From the NCBI GenBank assembly GCA_963674705.1, contig OY771506.1, positions 4,672,001-4,736,000 on the forward strand: DNA of 64,000 bases. The letters run 5' to 3'. The notes under the pieces were generated by a model. It did not search any database. It saw nothing but the letters and a program-made list of their open reading frames with translations, and was not told the DNA's origin. Every line of letters begins with the position of its first letter. The first letter of the stretch is position 1. The position numbers were made by a program, and so were the translations under genes. Source of the stretch: Phycisphaeraceae bacterium. GTDB lineage: Bacteria > Planctomycetota > Phycisphaerae > Phycisphaerales > Phycisphaeraceae. Of this stretch, positions 1 to 10,659 are shown piece by piece.

Positions 1-1105
1 CCAGGGCGACGACTATAGATGGCCTGATACCCCCCATGAAAGCGAGCAGAACCAAGGCCACCAAGGCGATACCTTGAATCAATGCGTTGCGCACCGTGTG
101 GACTGATGACTGAACCAATTCACGTTGCTGATAATACGGGACGATTTTGATGCCTTCGGGCAGTGCGTTCTGGACTTCTTTGAGTTTGGTCTCTACTCGT
201 TCGATGACGGTCGACGCGTTGGTGCCATATAGTTGGATCACCAGCCCGGCAACAACCTCGCCCTGCCCGTTAAGCGTTTGCAGGCCACGGCGGATAGCAC
301 CGCCCACCTCTATCTCTGCTACATCACTGAGGTAGATCGGTCGGCCATCGTCGGTCTTGACTACGATACCAGCGAGGTCTTCTATGTCGTGTGCCAATCC
401 CTCAGAGCGAACAACATACTCCTCGGCATCTACCTCAAGGAACTGCGCCCCGACACTGACATTGTTTGATTCGATCCGTTCGATCACATCATGCAGAACC
501 AGGTTGTAGCGTAGAAGTGCTTTGGGATCGATATTAATATGATACTGCTTCTCGTATCCGCCAATACCGAGCACCTCGGTCACGCCGGGAACCGTTTGGA
601 GCTGATACTTGACGATCCAGTCCTGGATGGTTCGCAATTCTTCAAGCGAATAGTTGCCGGTCGTATCGTCAAGATAGTAATACAGTATCTGTCCCATACC
701 GGTCGAGATTGGTCCCATTTCCGGTTCACCGAAGCCCTTGGGGATCTGCTCACGTGCTTCCTGCAGCCGTTCGCCCACGAGTTGGCGAGTGAAGTAGATA
801 TCCATCCCATCTTCAAAGTAGATATTCACGACGGACAACCCGAAGTTTGAAATGCTTCTGACTTCAACCACACCAGGCAAACCTGTCATCGAGGCTTCAA
901 CAGGATAGGTGACGTACTTCTCTACCTCTTCGGGGGCTAGGCCTTCGGTGATCGTAAATACCTGTACGAGGTTAGGCGACACATCGGGAAACGCATCGAC
1001 TGGTAGTTGGCGGTATGACCAATAACCAGTGCCGATGATGACCAGAACCAGAAAAACAACCAGTAACCTCGCACGCTGCGCTGTATCAATAATACGCTCG
1101 AGCAT
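1..1105 (-). CDS. czcA: CusA/CzcA-family heavy-metal RND efflux pump, N-terminal part (runs off the window)
   Basis: Manual translation from ATG at 1105 (RBS AGGAG): MLERIIDTAQRARLLVVFLVLVIIGTGYWSYRQLPVDAFPDVSPNLVQVFTITEGLAPEEVEKYVTYPVE, the typical HME-RND N-terminus. Lies downstream of the MFP and OMF genes. Confidence 0.9.
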   Translation of the reverse strand, partial: MLERIIDTAQRARLLVVFLVLVIIGTGYWSYRQLPVDAFPDVSPNLVQVFTITEGLAPEEVEKYVTYPVEASMTGLPGVVEVRSISNFGLSVVNIYFEDGMDIYFTRQLVGERLQEAREQIPKGFGEPEMGPISTGMGQILYYYLDDTTGNYSLEELRTIQDWIVKYQLQTVPGVTEVLGIGGYEKQYHINIDPKALLRYNLVLHDVIERIESNNVSVGAQFLEVDAEEYVVRSEGLAHDIEDLAGIVVKTDDGRPIYLSDVAEIEVGGAIRRGLQTLNGQGEVVAGLVIQLYGTNASTVIERVETKLKEVQNALPEGIKIVPYYQQRELVQSSVHTVRNALIQGIALVALVLLAFMGGIRPSIVVAL

Positions 1106-1131
1106 GATTGTGCGACTCCTTAATATCTGAA

Positions 1132-2502
1132 TCAGTGCACATGGCCAGCGTGCTCAAGTTCGGCACGATTGAATTCGGCTTTCAAAGCAAGAACATTCCG
1201 GGCTACATAACGTTCACCCGGCTCAAGACCAGACAGGACTTCGACTTGGTCTTCACTAGAATTTCCAAGTTGCACTTGCCTTTGCTCGAAAGCCTCACCC
1301 TCCTGAACAAAGACAACCGTTTGACCCTCAAGCTGTGTCACGGCAGAACGGGGCACAACAACTGATTCAGACAATTGCTCGGTAGATAGATGGGCTGTTA
1401 CAAATAGACCCGGGCGCCAATGGCCTTGTGGATTGTCCAGTACGACACGCGCAGTTGCTGTGCGTGTTTGTTCTTCGAATGATGAACTGACAAACGCAAT
1501 CGTGCCGGAAGCGTCTGGGATGCCATGCCCGAATGTGATGCGCACGGTTTGCCCGCTACTCAGATTAGCGATGTCCCGTTGGTAGACTGTCAGGTCGACC
1601 CAGACACTAGAGATATCGGCGATTACAAAGGGCGGTTCAGCGGTTTGTTCGCTGATAAGTTCGCCTCTTGTCAGATGCCTTTCAATGACAATCCCGTCGA
1701 TGGGGGCACGCATCTTGTATTCGGACAGAGTCGTGTCTTCGATACTCTGCAAAACTTTCAACGACTCGTGACTTTCCCCAATCGCATGAAGGTTCTGCTC
1801 AGCCAACCTTAAAGCGATCTCAGCCTCACGCATCGCCTGCTGTGATTCGAGCATCTGTCGCTCGGTACCGATACGATCCATAACGAGTTTTTCGTCTCGA
1901 CTGAATATTTCACGCGCCAATTCCAAACGAGCATCCGCCGCCAAATAGGTGCTGCGCGCTTCGGCCAGGTCACGACTGCTTAACGTTGCCATGACTTCTC
2001 CTGCCTGAACTCTTTCGCCGACACTGTATGCCACTGATTGAGTGATGCCCGATACACTTGGCATTACATGAGCCACACGGTCTGCATTAAAAACAACTTC
2101 TCCAGGCAACTGCAGGTCCGTACCAAGCGAATCGACGGAAGCCGTTTCTATCACAATCCCGAATTCTAAAAGTATTTCGGGGGAGATCCGTAACGGTTCA
2201 TCATCATGGTCGGCATGACTTTCGTGCGAATGTTCGTCATCATGATCAGCATGATCACTATGAGCGTGTTCATCTTGCTCATTATGATCTGCGTGCGAAT
2301 CACTTTCATCATGAGGTCCATGATCATCGTCATCTTCCAGCTCATCATGATGCTCGTGCGATTGATCCTTCTGTTCTGCATGTAATCCTGAGTGATTATG
2401 CAGATCACTTTGTGCGTATGCCTGGTTAAGATCATCAAATATCAACAAGCACACTATTGCTGTAACAAGGGATGCTATCTCTATGGATTTGTATTTATTC
2501 AT
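1132..2502 (-). CDS. czcB: CzcB-like RND periplasmic adaptor with His/Asp-rich N-terminal extension
   Basis: GEVVFNADRVAHV, RAPIDGIVIERH, TRTATARVVLDNPQGHWRPGLFV and VEVLSGLEPGE motifs; His-rich tract after the signal/anchor. Confidence 0.9.
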   Translation of the reverse strand: MNKYKSIEIASLVTAIVCLLIFDDLNQAYAQSDLHNHSGLHAEQKDQSHEHHDELEDDDDHGPHDESDSHADHNEQDEHAHSDHADHDDEHSHESHADHDDEPLRISPEILLEFGIVIETASVDSLGTDLQLPGEVVFNADRVAHVMPSVSGITQSVAYSVGERVQAGEVMATLSSRDLAEARSTYLAADARLELAREIFSRDEKLVMDRIGTERQMLESQQAMREAEIALRLAEQNLHAIGESHESLKVLQSIEDTTLSEYKMRAPIDGIVIERHLTRGELISEQTAEPPFVIADISSVWVDLTVYQRDIANLSSGQTVRITFGHGIPDASGTIAFVSSSFEEQTRTATARVVLDNPQGHWRPGLFVTAHLSTEQLSESVVVPRSAVTQLEGQTVVFVQEGEAFEQRQVQLGNSSEDQVEVLSGLEPGERYVARNVLALKAEFNRAELEHAGHVH

Positions 2503-2504
2503 GG

Positions 2505-3929
2505 CTACTGATCCTCCACTTCCAGAGGCTCCATCTCGTTAACATTCTGGTCTGTACCAGACTTGATTGTGGTAAATAATGGTTGTCCTATGAGGGCTTC
2601 GACCTCAGCCACAGCTGTGTGGTAGTCCGTTATCACGTCCAGGTAACGGGAATGCAGTTCGATCAGTGTCCGTTCTGCATCAAGCACATCGATATACCCA
2701 AGGTTCCCCTGCTCGAATGCCTGATGGATGTCATCATATGCATTGGTTGCGGCAGGGATTGCATCATCACGCAATGCGATGGCTTCTTCATATGCATTGA
2801 TCAGTTGTGAATAAGTCAACACGAGCGCCGCTTCGATCCGCAACCGAACAGCCTGCTGCCTGTTTTTGGCTGAGACAACACCGAATCGTGCTGCAAGTAT
2901 ATTGCCTTGGTTTCGATCATTGATTGGCAGGGGAAAAGAAAGACCAGCCACCAGCGCACCATCGTTGGATTCGCTAAACCAACGGTACCCAAGTGAACCG
3001 GTAATGTCGGGGATCGCCTCGGCCCGCGCAAGTTCGATCTCAGCCTGTCGGCTGGCAACTTCAACAACCCAACGGGCCACATCCGGATTCTGGTTGATCA
3101 AATGTGCCAGATCGTTCATCGATGGCACAGGCTGAAGTTGATTCAGATCGCCCTTTGCTTCTGTGAAAACGGGCTCTGTACTGCCCCAGATGAGGGCCAG
3201 TTGGACTCTTACCGCTTCAAGGGTTCGCCGGGCGCGAGCCAGTTCGATTTTTGCTTCGGCCAAAGGTACCGCGGCTCGCGATAGTTCAACAATAGCAAGG
3301 TCTCCTGCATCAATCCGCCGTTGTATGACGTCCGCTATCTCCTGCGCCAGGTCCAGTGAATCCCGGGCGAGTTCAACACGCTGCTGGACGGCAACCAGTG
3401 CGACATAGCGTTTGGTTGTTTCTGCAAGTAATGCGATCCTGGCTGATTCGTAATCCCATCCCGCTGATTGACCTGCTAATCGTGCAGCTTGTTGCCTGCG
3501 TGTGATATCCCCCCCCAAAGGAAAGTTCTGACTCAGAACAAAAGTAAACTCAGCGCCATCAAAGTCGCTCAGTTCATCAGAACCAGCAAAGTTCTCCACC
3601 ACGAAGTCCAACTCGGGATTCTCGGCAGCACCTGCCTGAACGACGCGCGCCTCCGCTGCTCTGACTTCGTAGCTGTAAGAAGCCAATTCCGGATTACCAA
3701 GTAAAGCAGCAGATAGCGCGTCGCGTAGTGTAAGATCACCCACCGGACTCTGTACCTCCGGCACAACAGAATTCTTATCCATCCCGAGCTTATTGGGGGC
3801 ATGATAGGATTCGGTCGCACTACCAATTGGCCGAGGCGATGAATCAAGTTGATCATAGAGCGGGTGCGGCTGACATCCGGCAATAATGACGGCCGATGCC
3901 ACTGCCACATATTGGGGCAAGCGGACCAT
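2505..3929 (-). CDS. czcC: CzcC/TolC-family outer membrane factor, probable lipoprotein
   Basis: LTLRDALSAALLGNPEL, PLPINDRNQGNI and GYIDVLDAERTL motifs; IIAGC lipobox if started at ATG 3929 (the ORF track starts at 3995). Confidence 0.85.
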   Translation of the reverse strand: MVRLPQYVAVASAVIIAGCQPHPLYDQLDSSPRPIGSATESYHAPNKLGMDKNSVVPEVQSPVGDLTLRDALSAALLGNPELASYSYEVRAAEARVVQAGAAENPELDFVVENFAGSDELSDFDGAEFTFVLSQNFPLGGDITRRQQAARLAGQSAGWDYESARIALLAETTKRYVALVAVQQRVELARDSLDLAQEIADVIQRRIDAGDLAIVELSRAAVPLAEAKIELARARRTLEAVRVQLALIWGSTEPVFTEAKGDLNQLQPVPSMNDLAHLINQNPDVARWVVEVASRQAEIELARAEAIPDITGSLGYRWFSESNDGALVAGLSFPLPINDRNQGNILAARFGVVSAKNRQQAVRLRIEAALVLTYSQLINAYEEAIALRDDAIPAATNAYDDIHQAFEQGNLGYIDVLDAERTLIELHSRYLDVITDYHTAVAEVEALIGQPLFTTIKSGTDQNVNEMEPLEVEDQ

Positions 3930-4015
3930 GGTTGGTTCTCGTGAATGTATATATTGTAGTACAGCGACGCCTATGAATTCGCATAGCGGCGTCACACACA
4001 GATATGTAAAAAATG

Positions 4016-4441
4016 CTAAATAATAAGTACGGTGCTGCTCAAAGATCGGTCGATCTGCTGAACGGCTCCAGCACTTAAAGTGTTAAGGCTAGGTGAAGCA
4101 ATGGTTGGTCGCAGTGGCTCGCCAAGAGCCACGTGATATAGAGGAACATCAACATGCTCGTGACTGACGATTTGTCGCTCTTGGTTTGAGCGGATCATCG
4201 ATACGGGGGGAAACGTCGTATCGATGCACGAACTATGACAATGCCCAAGGGCCAGCATCTGCACGTGCTCATCTGTTCTTGATTCAACATGGCCACAATC
4301 TTCACCCTGATGTGCCCACTCGACAGACGAGTGCCCGTCAATATCCATGCAGACAACCACAAACGAATTAGATATTGAAGCTGTGAAAGCAAATGCAATA
4401 ACACAGAACCAACGGAACAGGATATTATTGTAAGCCCGCAC
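4016..4441 (-). CDS. Small His/Cys-rich secreted or membrane protein (CzcI-like position)
   Basis: N-terminal hydrophobic helix; VVCMDIDGH, HQGEDCGH, GHCHSSCID; hydrophobic C-terminus STVLII; first gene of the czc operon. Confidence 0.6.
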   Translation of the reverse strand: MRAYNNILFRWFCVIAFAFTASISNSFVVVCMDIDGHSSVEWAHQGEDCGHVESRTDEHVQMLALGHCHSSCIDTTFPPVSMIRSNQERQIVSHEHVDVPLYHVALGEPLRPTIASPSLNTLSAGAVQQIDRSLSSTVLII

Positions 4442-4726
4442 GGGGGAAATGTAGCCGCATACACAGCCAAAGACAAGTCTAACATCTATCGACTTTATGC
4501 TCTCCTATTGATATGGTTCATTCATATTCCCGATCTCAGGAATAATTACCATAGTTGTAGTTCGCACATATGTCCGTGGATTAATTGATAATGAAAGTTC
4601 ATCTGCGGTATGGGCTGTTATCAATTGTTAGCACGGAGGTTTCATGGTAAGTTTAATACATCTGAATGTGACTGCCCGAATCTTACGTAGAGGTATATTG
4701 AGACCGCAGCCGTCAGATTCAAAACA

Positions 4727-6292
4727 CTACATACTATCCTGACGGAATTGCGTCCAGACGATACCGAGTTTTCGCATGCGAGCTCGGAGCGTATGCGGAT
4801 TGATATCAAGCATCTTGGCGGCCCCTTTTGCACCTTCGATCCTGCCTTGAGTCTGCTGCAACGCCGTCTTGATATGCTCGCGCATGGCGTGATCAAGCGT
4901 GCAGACCTGATTACGCTCCATCTTTGCATGATGAATCGTGTGTGTTGAAGTAACCTCCGTGTTAGACAGCGGGCCCAAAGCTTTAACCACTTCAAGACGA
5001 GCGCCGTCCCCCAGTATCGCAGCCCGGTCAATCACGGAAGCTAACTCACGGATATTGCCCGGCCAGGCATATTCCATCAGTAACCGCAGATCTTCTTCGC
5101 TTGGAGCACACATACGCAAGCCAAATCTTCTGGCTGCACGTTTGGCGAAGTGCATCGCTAACGCCGGGATATCCTGTTTACGTTCACGAAGTGGAGGTAA
5201 AACAATCGGGAAACTGGCGATGCGATACCATAAGTCCTCGCGGAAGTCGCCTTCCTGAATCATGTTAGGCAAGTCACGATGAGTTGCCGCAACGATCCGA
5301 ACGTTGACACGGATAGGCGATTCCCCTCCAACCCGCTCGAAGCTGCCCTCTTGGATCACACGTAACAATCGCACCTGTGCCGCCAACGGCAATTCACCAA
5401 TCTCATCTAAAAGAAGCGTGCCCTTATCCGCCCTTTCGAACCAGCCACGGCGCAGGGACGTCGCCCCGGTGAACGCCCCTTTCTCGTGGCCAAACAATTC
5501 TGAATCAATGAGCTCCGAAGGTATTGCACCGCAGTTGACACGTATAAACGGACCCTTGGCACGCGGTGATTGGTCGTGTATGTTGCGGGCGATGACTTCT
5601 TTTCCGGAGCCGGTTTCACCAAGTATCAACACCGGCAGGTCTGATCGAGCAACCAGTGAAACACGGTCCATAACAGCCTTGAGCCCCCCATCCGCGCCAA
5701 CCAGGGAATCAACCAAGTCTTCCCTACCAAGACGCGAAAGGGCTGAACGTTTGTCTGCCTCAGCCGCTTCGCGCAGAGTACTTAGTTCATGCAATCGTTG
5801 ATCGTTTTCTAAAGCAACAGAAAATGGTTCGAGCAATAACTCGACCATCTGCAAGTGCAATGGATCAAGTACTTCAGATGATGCAACGCGCACCAGTAAC
5901 GCCCCCGCCACGTCATGTTCATCCATCAAAGGGCCAACGATCCAACTGCCGTCAGTTGTTGTCGATTCTAATAACAGTGCCATGACAGGATCGGGATCAT
6001 CACCAGCCTGAAGTAGAGAAACCATTTGACGGCTACCCCACTCCCGCAGCAATCGCCGATCTGCAGGTTTGATTGCGCTCGGGGTTTGCAGATAGTTGCC
6101 CGCCCCTTCGGTCATTCCATTGGCCCGAGGCAGCAACTGGTTCTGCGTGAAGTCGATAGCAACGACGATCAGACATTCAATAGGCAGTCGTTTACTGAGG
6201 ATATGTGTGATCGTCTGGGCCGATCGCTCAATCTCGATATGACGACAGGCTTCTCGCCAAACGTCCAGCAATAGGGCTTGAAATTCATGCAT
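4727..6292 (-). CDS. Sigma54-dependent enhancer-binding protein (GAF-like N-terminus, AAA+, Fis HTH)
   Basis: GETGSGKE Walker A, ELFGHEKGAFTGA, LLLDEIGEL, WPGNIREL, C-terminal HTH AAKMLDINPHTLRARMRKLGI. Confidence 0.95.
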   Translation of the reverse strand: MHEFQALLLDVWREACRHIEIERSAQTITHILSKRLPIECLIVVAIDFTQNQLLPRANGMTEGAGNYLQTPSAIKPADRRLLREWGSRQMVSLLQAGDDPDPVMALLLESTTTDGSWIVGPLMDEHDVAGALLVRVASSEVLDPLHLQMVELLLEPFSVALENDQRLHELSTLREAAEADKRSALSRLGREDLVDSLVGADGGLKAVMDRVSLVARSDLPVLILGETGSGKEVIARNIHDQSPRAKGPFIRVNCGAIPSELIDSELFGHEKGAFTGATSLRRGWFERADKGTLLLDEIGELPLAAQVRLLRVIQEGSFERVGGESPIRVNVRIVAATHRDLPNMIQEGDFREDLWYRIASFPIVLPPLRERKQDIPALAMHFAKRAARRFGLRMCAPSEEDLRLLMEYAWPGNIRELASVIDRAAILGDGARLEVVKALGPLSNTEVTSTHTIHHAKMERNQVCTLDHAMREHIKTALQQTQGRIEGAKGAAKMLDINPHTLRARMRKLGIVWTQFRQDSM

Positions 6293-6310
6293 ATTTGATT
6301 GAATTATCCA

Positions 6311-6365
6311 TTATATTTCATAGTTGTCTATTATATTTAATGACTCTACCCTTTATATTTGATAG
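6311..6365. promoter_or_regulatory. Three phased TTATATTTnAT repeats, candidate enhancer (UAS) for the adjacent sigma54 activator
   Basis: TTATATTT at 6311, 6331 and 6353 (spacing 20 and 22 bp), about 80-130 bp upstream of a -24/-12 element. Confidence 0.45.
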
Positions 6366-6438
6366 ATCTATCCAGCCTCATCGCTTAAATATTTCTTATA
6401 TTACTGTTATTATTGAACTTACACGTATCCATGACGTC

Positions 6439-6454
6439 TGGCACATAAATTGAT
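6439..6454 (+). promoter_or_regulatory. Sigma54 (-24/-12) promoter of the sbp-cysTWA operon
   Basis: TGGCAC-ATAAA-TTGAT versus consensus TGGCAC-N5-TTGCW (one mismatch at -12); divergent from a sigma54 activator. Confidence 0.6.
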
Positions 6455-6598
6455 AAACCTTATGGCATGTCAGCATTCCTGAACTCGACCCATGGCTCCG
6501 CATCTTGCATATCCAAGGTGCGGCTTAACCACCAGAAGCGGTTCTGGACACGGCTGTTGAACACAACCAGGACACACTAATCCATAAGGATCCCTGCC

Positions 6599-7660
6599 AT
6601 GACGTATTTAAGAAACATTCTGCTAGCCGCTCTTCTCATCGTTCCCCTATTTGTCTGCTCTACTCGGGCAGAACAACCCATAGAGCTATTGAATGTCAGT
6701 TACGACCCGACGCGCGAGTTTTATAAAGACTTCAACGCCGAGTTTGCTAAGTTTTGGAAAGACAGCACCGGCCAAAGTGTGACCATCAACCAGTCGCACG
6801 GCGGCGCAGGCAAGCAGGCACGGGCGGTGATCGACGGTCTGGAAGCGGATGTCGTCACACTTGCCTTGGCGTATGACATCGATGTGATCGCTCAGAAGAC
6901 CGGCCTGATGCCAACAGCCTGGCAGTCACGCCTGCCTTACAACAGTTCGCCTTACACCTCAACGATCGTCTTCCTGGTACGCAAAGGGAATCCCAAAGGT
7001 ATCCATGACTGGGACGATATTCTCAAACCGGGCGTTGAGGTGATCACACCGAACCCCAAGACTTCCGGCGGAGCGCGCTGGAATTACCTTGCCGCATGGG
7101 CATTCGTACTCAAGAAAGAACTCGGCGATTTAAACAAGCTGAATGATCCGGATCATGCGGATGAAGTTGCCAAGGCTCAGGATAAGGCAAAGGCGTTTGT
7201 CAGTGAATTGTTCAAGCATGTTCCCGTGTTGGATTCAGGCGCACGTGGATCAACCAACACCTTTGTCCGTAACGGGATAGGCGATGTATTCCTGTCATGG
7301 GAAAATGAAGCATTCCTGGCGATCGAACAACTCGGCCCGGATCAGTTTGAAATCATCGTGCCCTCGATCAGTATCCTTGCCGAACCACCCGTCACGGTGA
7401 TCGATGGCAACGCTGAGAAGCATGGCACGCTGAAGGTGGCACAGGCCTATCTCGAATATCTCTACTCGCCGATCGGTCAGCGATTGGCGGCCAAACATTA
7501 CTACCGCCCGAACATCCCCGAGCATGCCGATCCCGATGACTTGAAGCGTTTCCCCGATGTAACACTGGTTAGTGTAGATGAGGTCTTCGGTAGTTGGCAG
7601 AAAGCTCAGCAGATGCACTTCAACGACGGCGGCGTGTTTGATCAGATCTATGCACCCTGA
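6599..7660 (+). CDS. sbp: Sulfate ABC transporter substrate-binding protein
   Basis: [56 protein letters not shown]. Confidence 0.95.
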   Translation: MTYLRNILLAALLIVPLFVCSTRAEQPIELLNVSYDPTREFYKDFNAEFAKFWKDSTGQSVTINQSHGGAGKQARAVIDGLEADVVTLALAYDIDVIAQKTGLMPTAWQSRLPYNSSPYTSTIVFLVRKGNPKGIHDWDDILKPGVEVITPNPKTSGGARWNYLAAWAFVLKKELGDLNKLNDPDHADEVAKAQDKAKAFVSELFKHVPVLDSGARGSTNTFVRNGIGDVFLSWENEAFLAIEQLGPDQFEIIVPSISILAEPPVTVIDGNAEKHGTLKVAQAYLEYLYSPIGQRLAAKHYYRPNIPEHADPDDLKRFPDVTLVSVDEVFGSWQKAQQMHFNDGGVFDQIYAP

Positions 7661-7754
7661 TCTAGAAGCTGCCCAATAGCATTCTGGATCATCGTCACCA
7701 CTGCATAAGTCACCCGTATGAATATTGAGAACAAACCGAGTCAACATCTAATTG

Positions 7755-8603
7755 ATGAGTAGTTCAATGATAAGCCACCCCAAACAACCCAGAGTATTGC
7801 CCGGATTCGGTCTGACGATGGGTTACACGATCTTCTACTTGAGCATCATCGTTCTATTGCCGCTGTCAGCGATGTTTATCCGGGCGGGCTCACATGGCCT
7901 GGGTGAATTCTGGCAGGTGATTACCGCACCGCGTGTGATGGCGGCATACAAGCTGACCTTCGGGGCCTCGCTGATCGCAGCACTGATAAACGCAGTATTC
8001 GGATTTATGGTCGCATGGGTGCTGGTGCGATACGCATTCCCGGGCAAGCGATTGATAGATGCGATGGTCGACCTGCCTTTTGCTCTGCCTACCGCTGTCT
8101 CGGGGATCGCATTGGTCGCGATCTACTCACGCAACGGCTGGTTAGGACAATACCTCGAACCGATGGGCATTAAGGCAGCGTACACACCCATCGGTGTAAC
8201 GATAGCCCTGACATTCATCGGCCTGCCTTTTGTGGTCCGTACGCTACAGCCCGCACTTGAAGACCTGGATGCAGAAGTCGAAGAGGCCGCGGCAAGCCTG
8301 GGTGCAACACGATGGCAGACGCTGTATCGGATCATCGTGCCCACCATCATGCCTGCAATGTTGACGGGTTTTACCCTTGCGTTCGCACGAGCTGTCGGCG
8401 AATACGGGTCTGTCGTCTTCATCAGCGGCAACATGCCTATGAAAACCGAAATCGTGCCTTTATTGATCATTGCCAAGCTCGAGCAATACGACACGACCGG
8501 TGCAACCGCGATCGGCGCATCCATGCTGATCATTTCGTTCATCATCCTGCTGTCCATCAATCTGCTTCAGTGGTGGTCGGCCCGTCACAAGAGAGGAGTT
8601 TGA
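7755..8603 (+). CDS. cysT: Sulfate ABC transporter permease CysT
   Basis: [46 protein letters not shown]. Confidence 0.95.
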   Translation: MSSSMISHPKQPRVLPGFGLTMGYTIFYLSIIVLLPLSAMFIRAGSHGLGEFWQVITAPRVMAAYKLTFGASLIAALINAVFGFMVAWVLVRYAFPGKRLIDAMVDLPFALPTAVSGIALVAIYSRNGWLGQYLEPMGIKAAYTPIGVTIALTFIGLPFVVRTLQPALEDLDAEVEEAAASLGATRWQTLYRIIVPTIMPAMLTGFTLAFARAVGEYGSVVFISGNMPMKTEIVPLLIIAKLEQYDTTGATAIGASMLIISFIILLSINLLQWWSARHKRGV

Positions 8604-8605
8604 TC

Positions 8606-9520
8606 ATGGCAGGAGCAACCACAACACTCAGACCTGCGGTCGGTGCGATGAGAAAGCCTGTGATCGGCGAGGGATCGTTAATCCGCTGGGTACTGATCGT
8701 AACATCACTCGGTTTTCTGGCACTGTTCTTGTTTCTGCCGTTAGCGGCGGTATTTACTGAAGCGTTGCGCAAGGGTGTCGGTGAATACCTGAGCAGCTTC
8801 AATGACCCGGCAGCTATCGCAGCGATCAAACTGACGTTGTTGGTAACGGCTGTATCACTACCGTTGAACCTGGTGTTCGGCCTTGCCGCTGCGTGGGCGA
8901 TTGCCAAATTCGAGTTTAGGGGCAAGCATCTGCTTATCACGCTGATCGACCTGCCCTTTGCGGTGTCCCCCGTCATCAGCGGATTGATCTATGTGCTGCT
9001 ATACGGTGCACACGGCTGGCTTGGGCCGTGGCTGATCGAGCACGATATCCAGATCATTTTCGCGGCACCCGGCATCATCCTGGCAACAATCTTCGTCACG
9101 TTCCCGTTCGTGGCGCGTGAAGTCATTCCACTCATGCAGGAACAAGGGACGGAAGAGGAGCAGGCGGCCATGACGCTCGGCGCGGGCGGATGGCAGACGT
9201 TCTTCCGCGTGACGTTGCCGAACGTGAAGTGGGCGGTGCTCTACGGCGTGATTCTGTGTAACGCCCGAGCGATGGGTGAATTCGGTGCCGTCTCGGTTGT
9301 GTCCGGCCATATCCGTGGCAAGACCAATACGATGCCGCTTCACGTCGAGATCCTTTACAACGAATACAACTTCGTCGCGGCATTTGCCGTAGCATCATTA
9401 TTAGCGCTTCTGGCACTAATCACACTTGGATTAAAGAGCTTAGTTGAATGGCGCAGTCGTGTGTCTTTAGCCTTGACTGAATATGTCGAACCAACCTTGC
9501 TTGAACAGGATAAATCATGA
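8606..9520 (+). CDS. cysW: Sulfate ABC transporter permease CysW
   Basis: [33 protein letters not shown]; real start probably ATG 8606 (RBS GAGGAG), not 8312. Confidence 0.93.
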   Translation: MAGATTTLRPAVGAMRKPVIGEGSLIRWVLIVTSLGFLALFLFLPLAAVFTEALRKGVGEYLSSFNDPAAIAAIKLTLLVTAVSLPLNLVFGLAAAWAIAKFEFRGKHLLITLIDLPFAVSPVISGLIYVLLYGAHGWLGPWLIEHDIQIIFAAPGIILATIFVTFPFVAREVIPLMQEQGTEEEQAAMTLGAGGWQTFFRVTLPNVKWAVLYGVILCNARAMGEFGAVSVVSGHIRGKTNTMPLHVEILYNEYNFVAAFAVASLLALLALITLGLKSLVEWRSRVSLALTEYVEPTLLEQDKS

Positions 9521-10593
9521 GTATTGAAGTACGTAACGTAACAAAACACTTCGGCGGCTTCAGGGCGCTGGATCATGTAAACCTGAACGTCCCGACAGGT
9601 AAACTCGTTGCCCTCCTGGGCCCGTCGGGTTCAGGCAAAACGACCCTCCTGAGGATTATCGCCGGCCTGGAAAGAGCAGATGACACATCTGCAGATGGTG
9701 AGTACGGATCGATCCTGTTTCACGATGAAGATGTCGCCAGCCTGCCTGTAAGACAGCGGCGTGTCGGCTTTGTGTTTCAGCATTATGCGCTTTTCCGTCA
9801 TATGACGGTATTCGATAACGTGGCTTTCGGTTTACGTGTCCGGCCCCGCAAACATAGACCAATCAGGCGCCAGATCGCTGAAAGAGTTCAAGAGCTGCTA
9901 CGGCTGGTGCAACTCGACGGCCTTGCCCAGCGATATCCAAGCCAGCTTTCCGGTGGGCAGCGACAGCGTGTCGCACTCGCACGTGCGCTGGCGGTGCAGC
10001 CGAAGGTCCTCTTGCTGGATGAACCATTCGGGGCGCTTGATGCAAAGGTGCGAAAAGAATTACGGACCTGGCTGCGTCGATTGCACGACGAGATTCATCT
10101 GACAAGTGTGTTCGTGACGCACGACCAGGATGAGGCGCTGGAAGTTGCGGACGAAATAGTTGTCATGAACCAGGGCCACATCGAGCAGGTCGGAACACCC
10201 GACAACGTGTTTCATCATCCAGCCACTGAGTTTGTCATGCGGTTCTTAGGTGATGTGAACGCGTTCCACGGTAGAGTCAACGAAGGAACCGTTCAGTTCG
10301 GCTCACTTGAACTGCCCTTTCCCGAAAACCGCCGGCAAATTGCGGGTGACGCCCGTGTTTTTGTCCGCCCGTATGACGTTACCATCGACACGAAAACAAA
10401 CGGGTTGCCTGCACTTGAGTCTACTGTTGAGCGTGTTCATTCAGCGGGACCACTCGTACGAGTCGAATTGCTGACCTGTGCCGGCCAGCGTCTTGTGTCG
10501 GAAGTCTCACAAGAAAGGTTTGCCACTATGGGACTGGAACCGGGCAGCCGCGTGTATGTCCGTCCCCGACATATCAGAGTGTTTGCTGGATGA
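9517..10593 (+). CDS. cysA: Sulfate ABC transporter ATPase CysA
   Basis: [37 protein letters not shown]-terminal TOBE. Confidence 0.95.
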   Translation: MSIEVRNVTKHFGGFRALDHVNLNVPTGKLVALLGPSGSGKTTLLRIIAGLERADDTSADGEYGSILFHDEDVASLPVRQRRVGFVFQHYALFRHMTVFDNVAFGLRVRPRKHRPIRRQIAERVQELLRLVQLDGLAQRYPSQLSGGQRQRVALARALAVQPKVLLLDEPFGALDAKVRKELRTWLRRLHDEIHLTSVFVTHDQDEALEVADEIVVMNQGHIEQVGTPDNVFHHPATEFVMRFLGDVNAFHGRVNEGTVQFGSLELPFPENRRQIAGDARVFVRPYDVTIDTKTNGLPALESTVERVHSAGPLVRVELLTCAGQRLVSEVSQERFATMGLEPGSRVYVRPRHIRVFAG

Positions 10594-10659
10594 TAGGGAT
10601 AATGAGATCCCGCAATATACGATTAAATCCCAACTCAAGGCTACATGAGTCGATTCGCA

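Noticed and set aside
6467..6580. 37-codon ORF upstream of sbp as an OscA/YezD-like peptide
   Set aside because: No resemblance to that family and no RBS.
8312..8605. N-terminal extension of cysW in the ORF track
   Set aside because: Overlaps cysT; the RBS supports ATG 8606.
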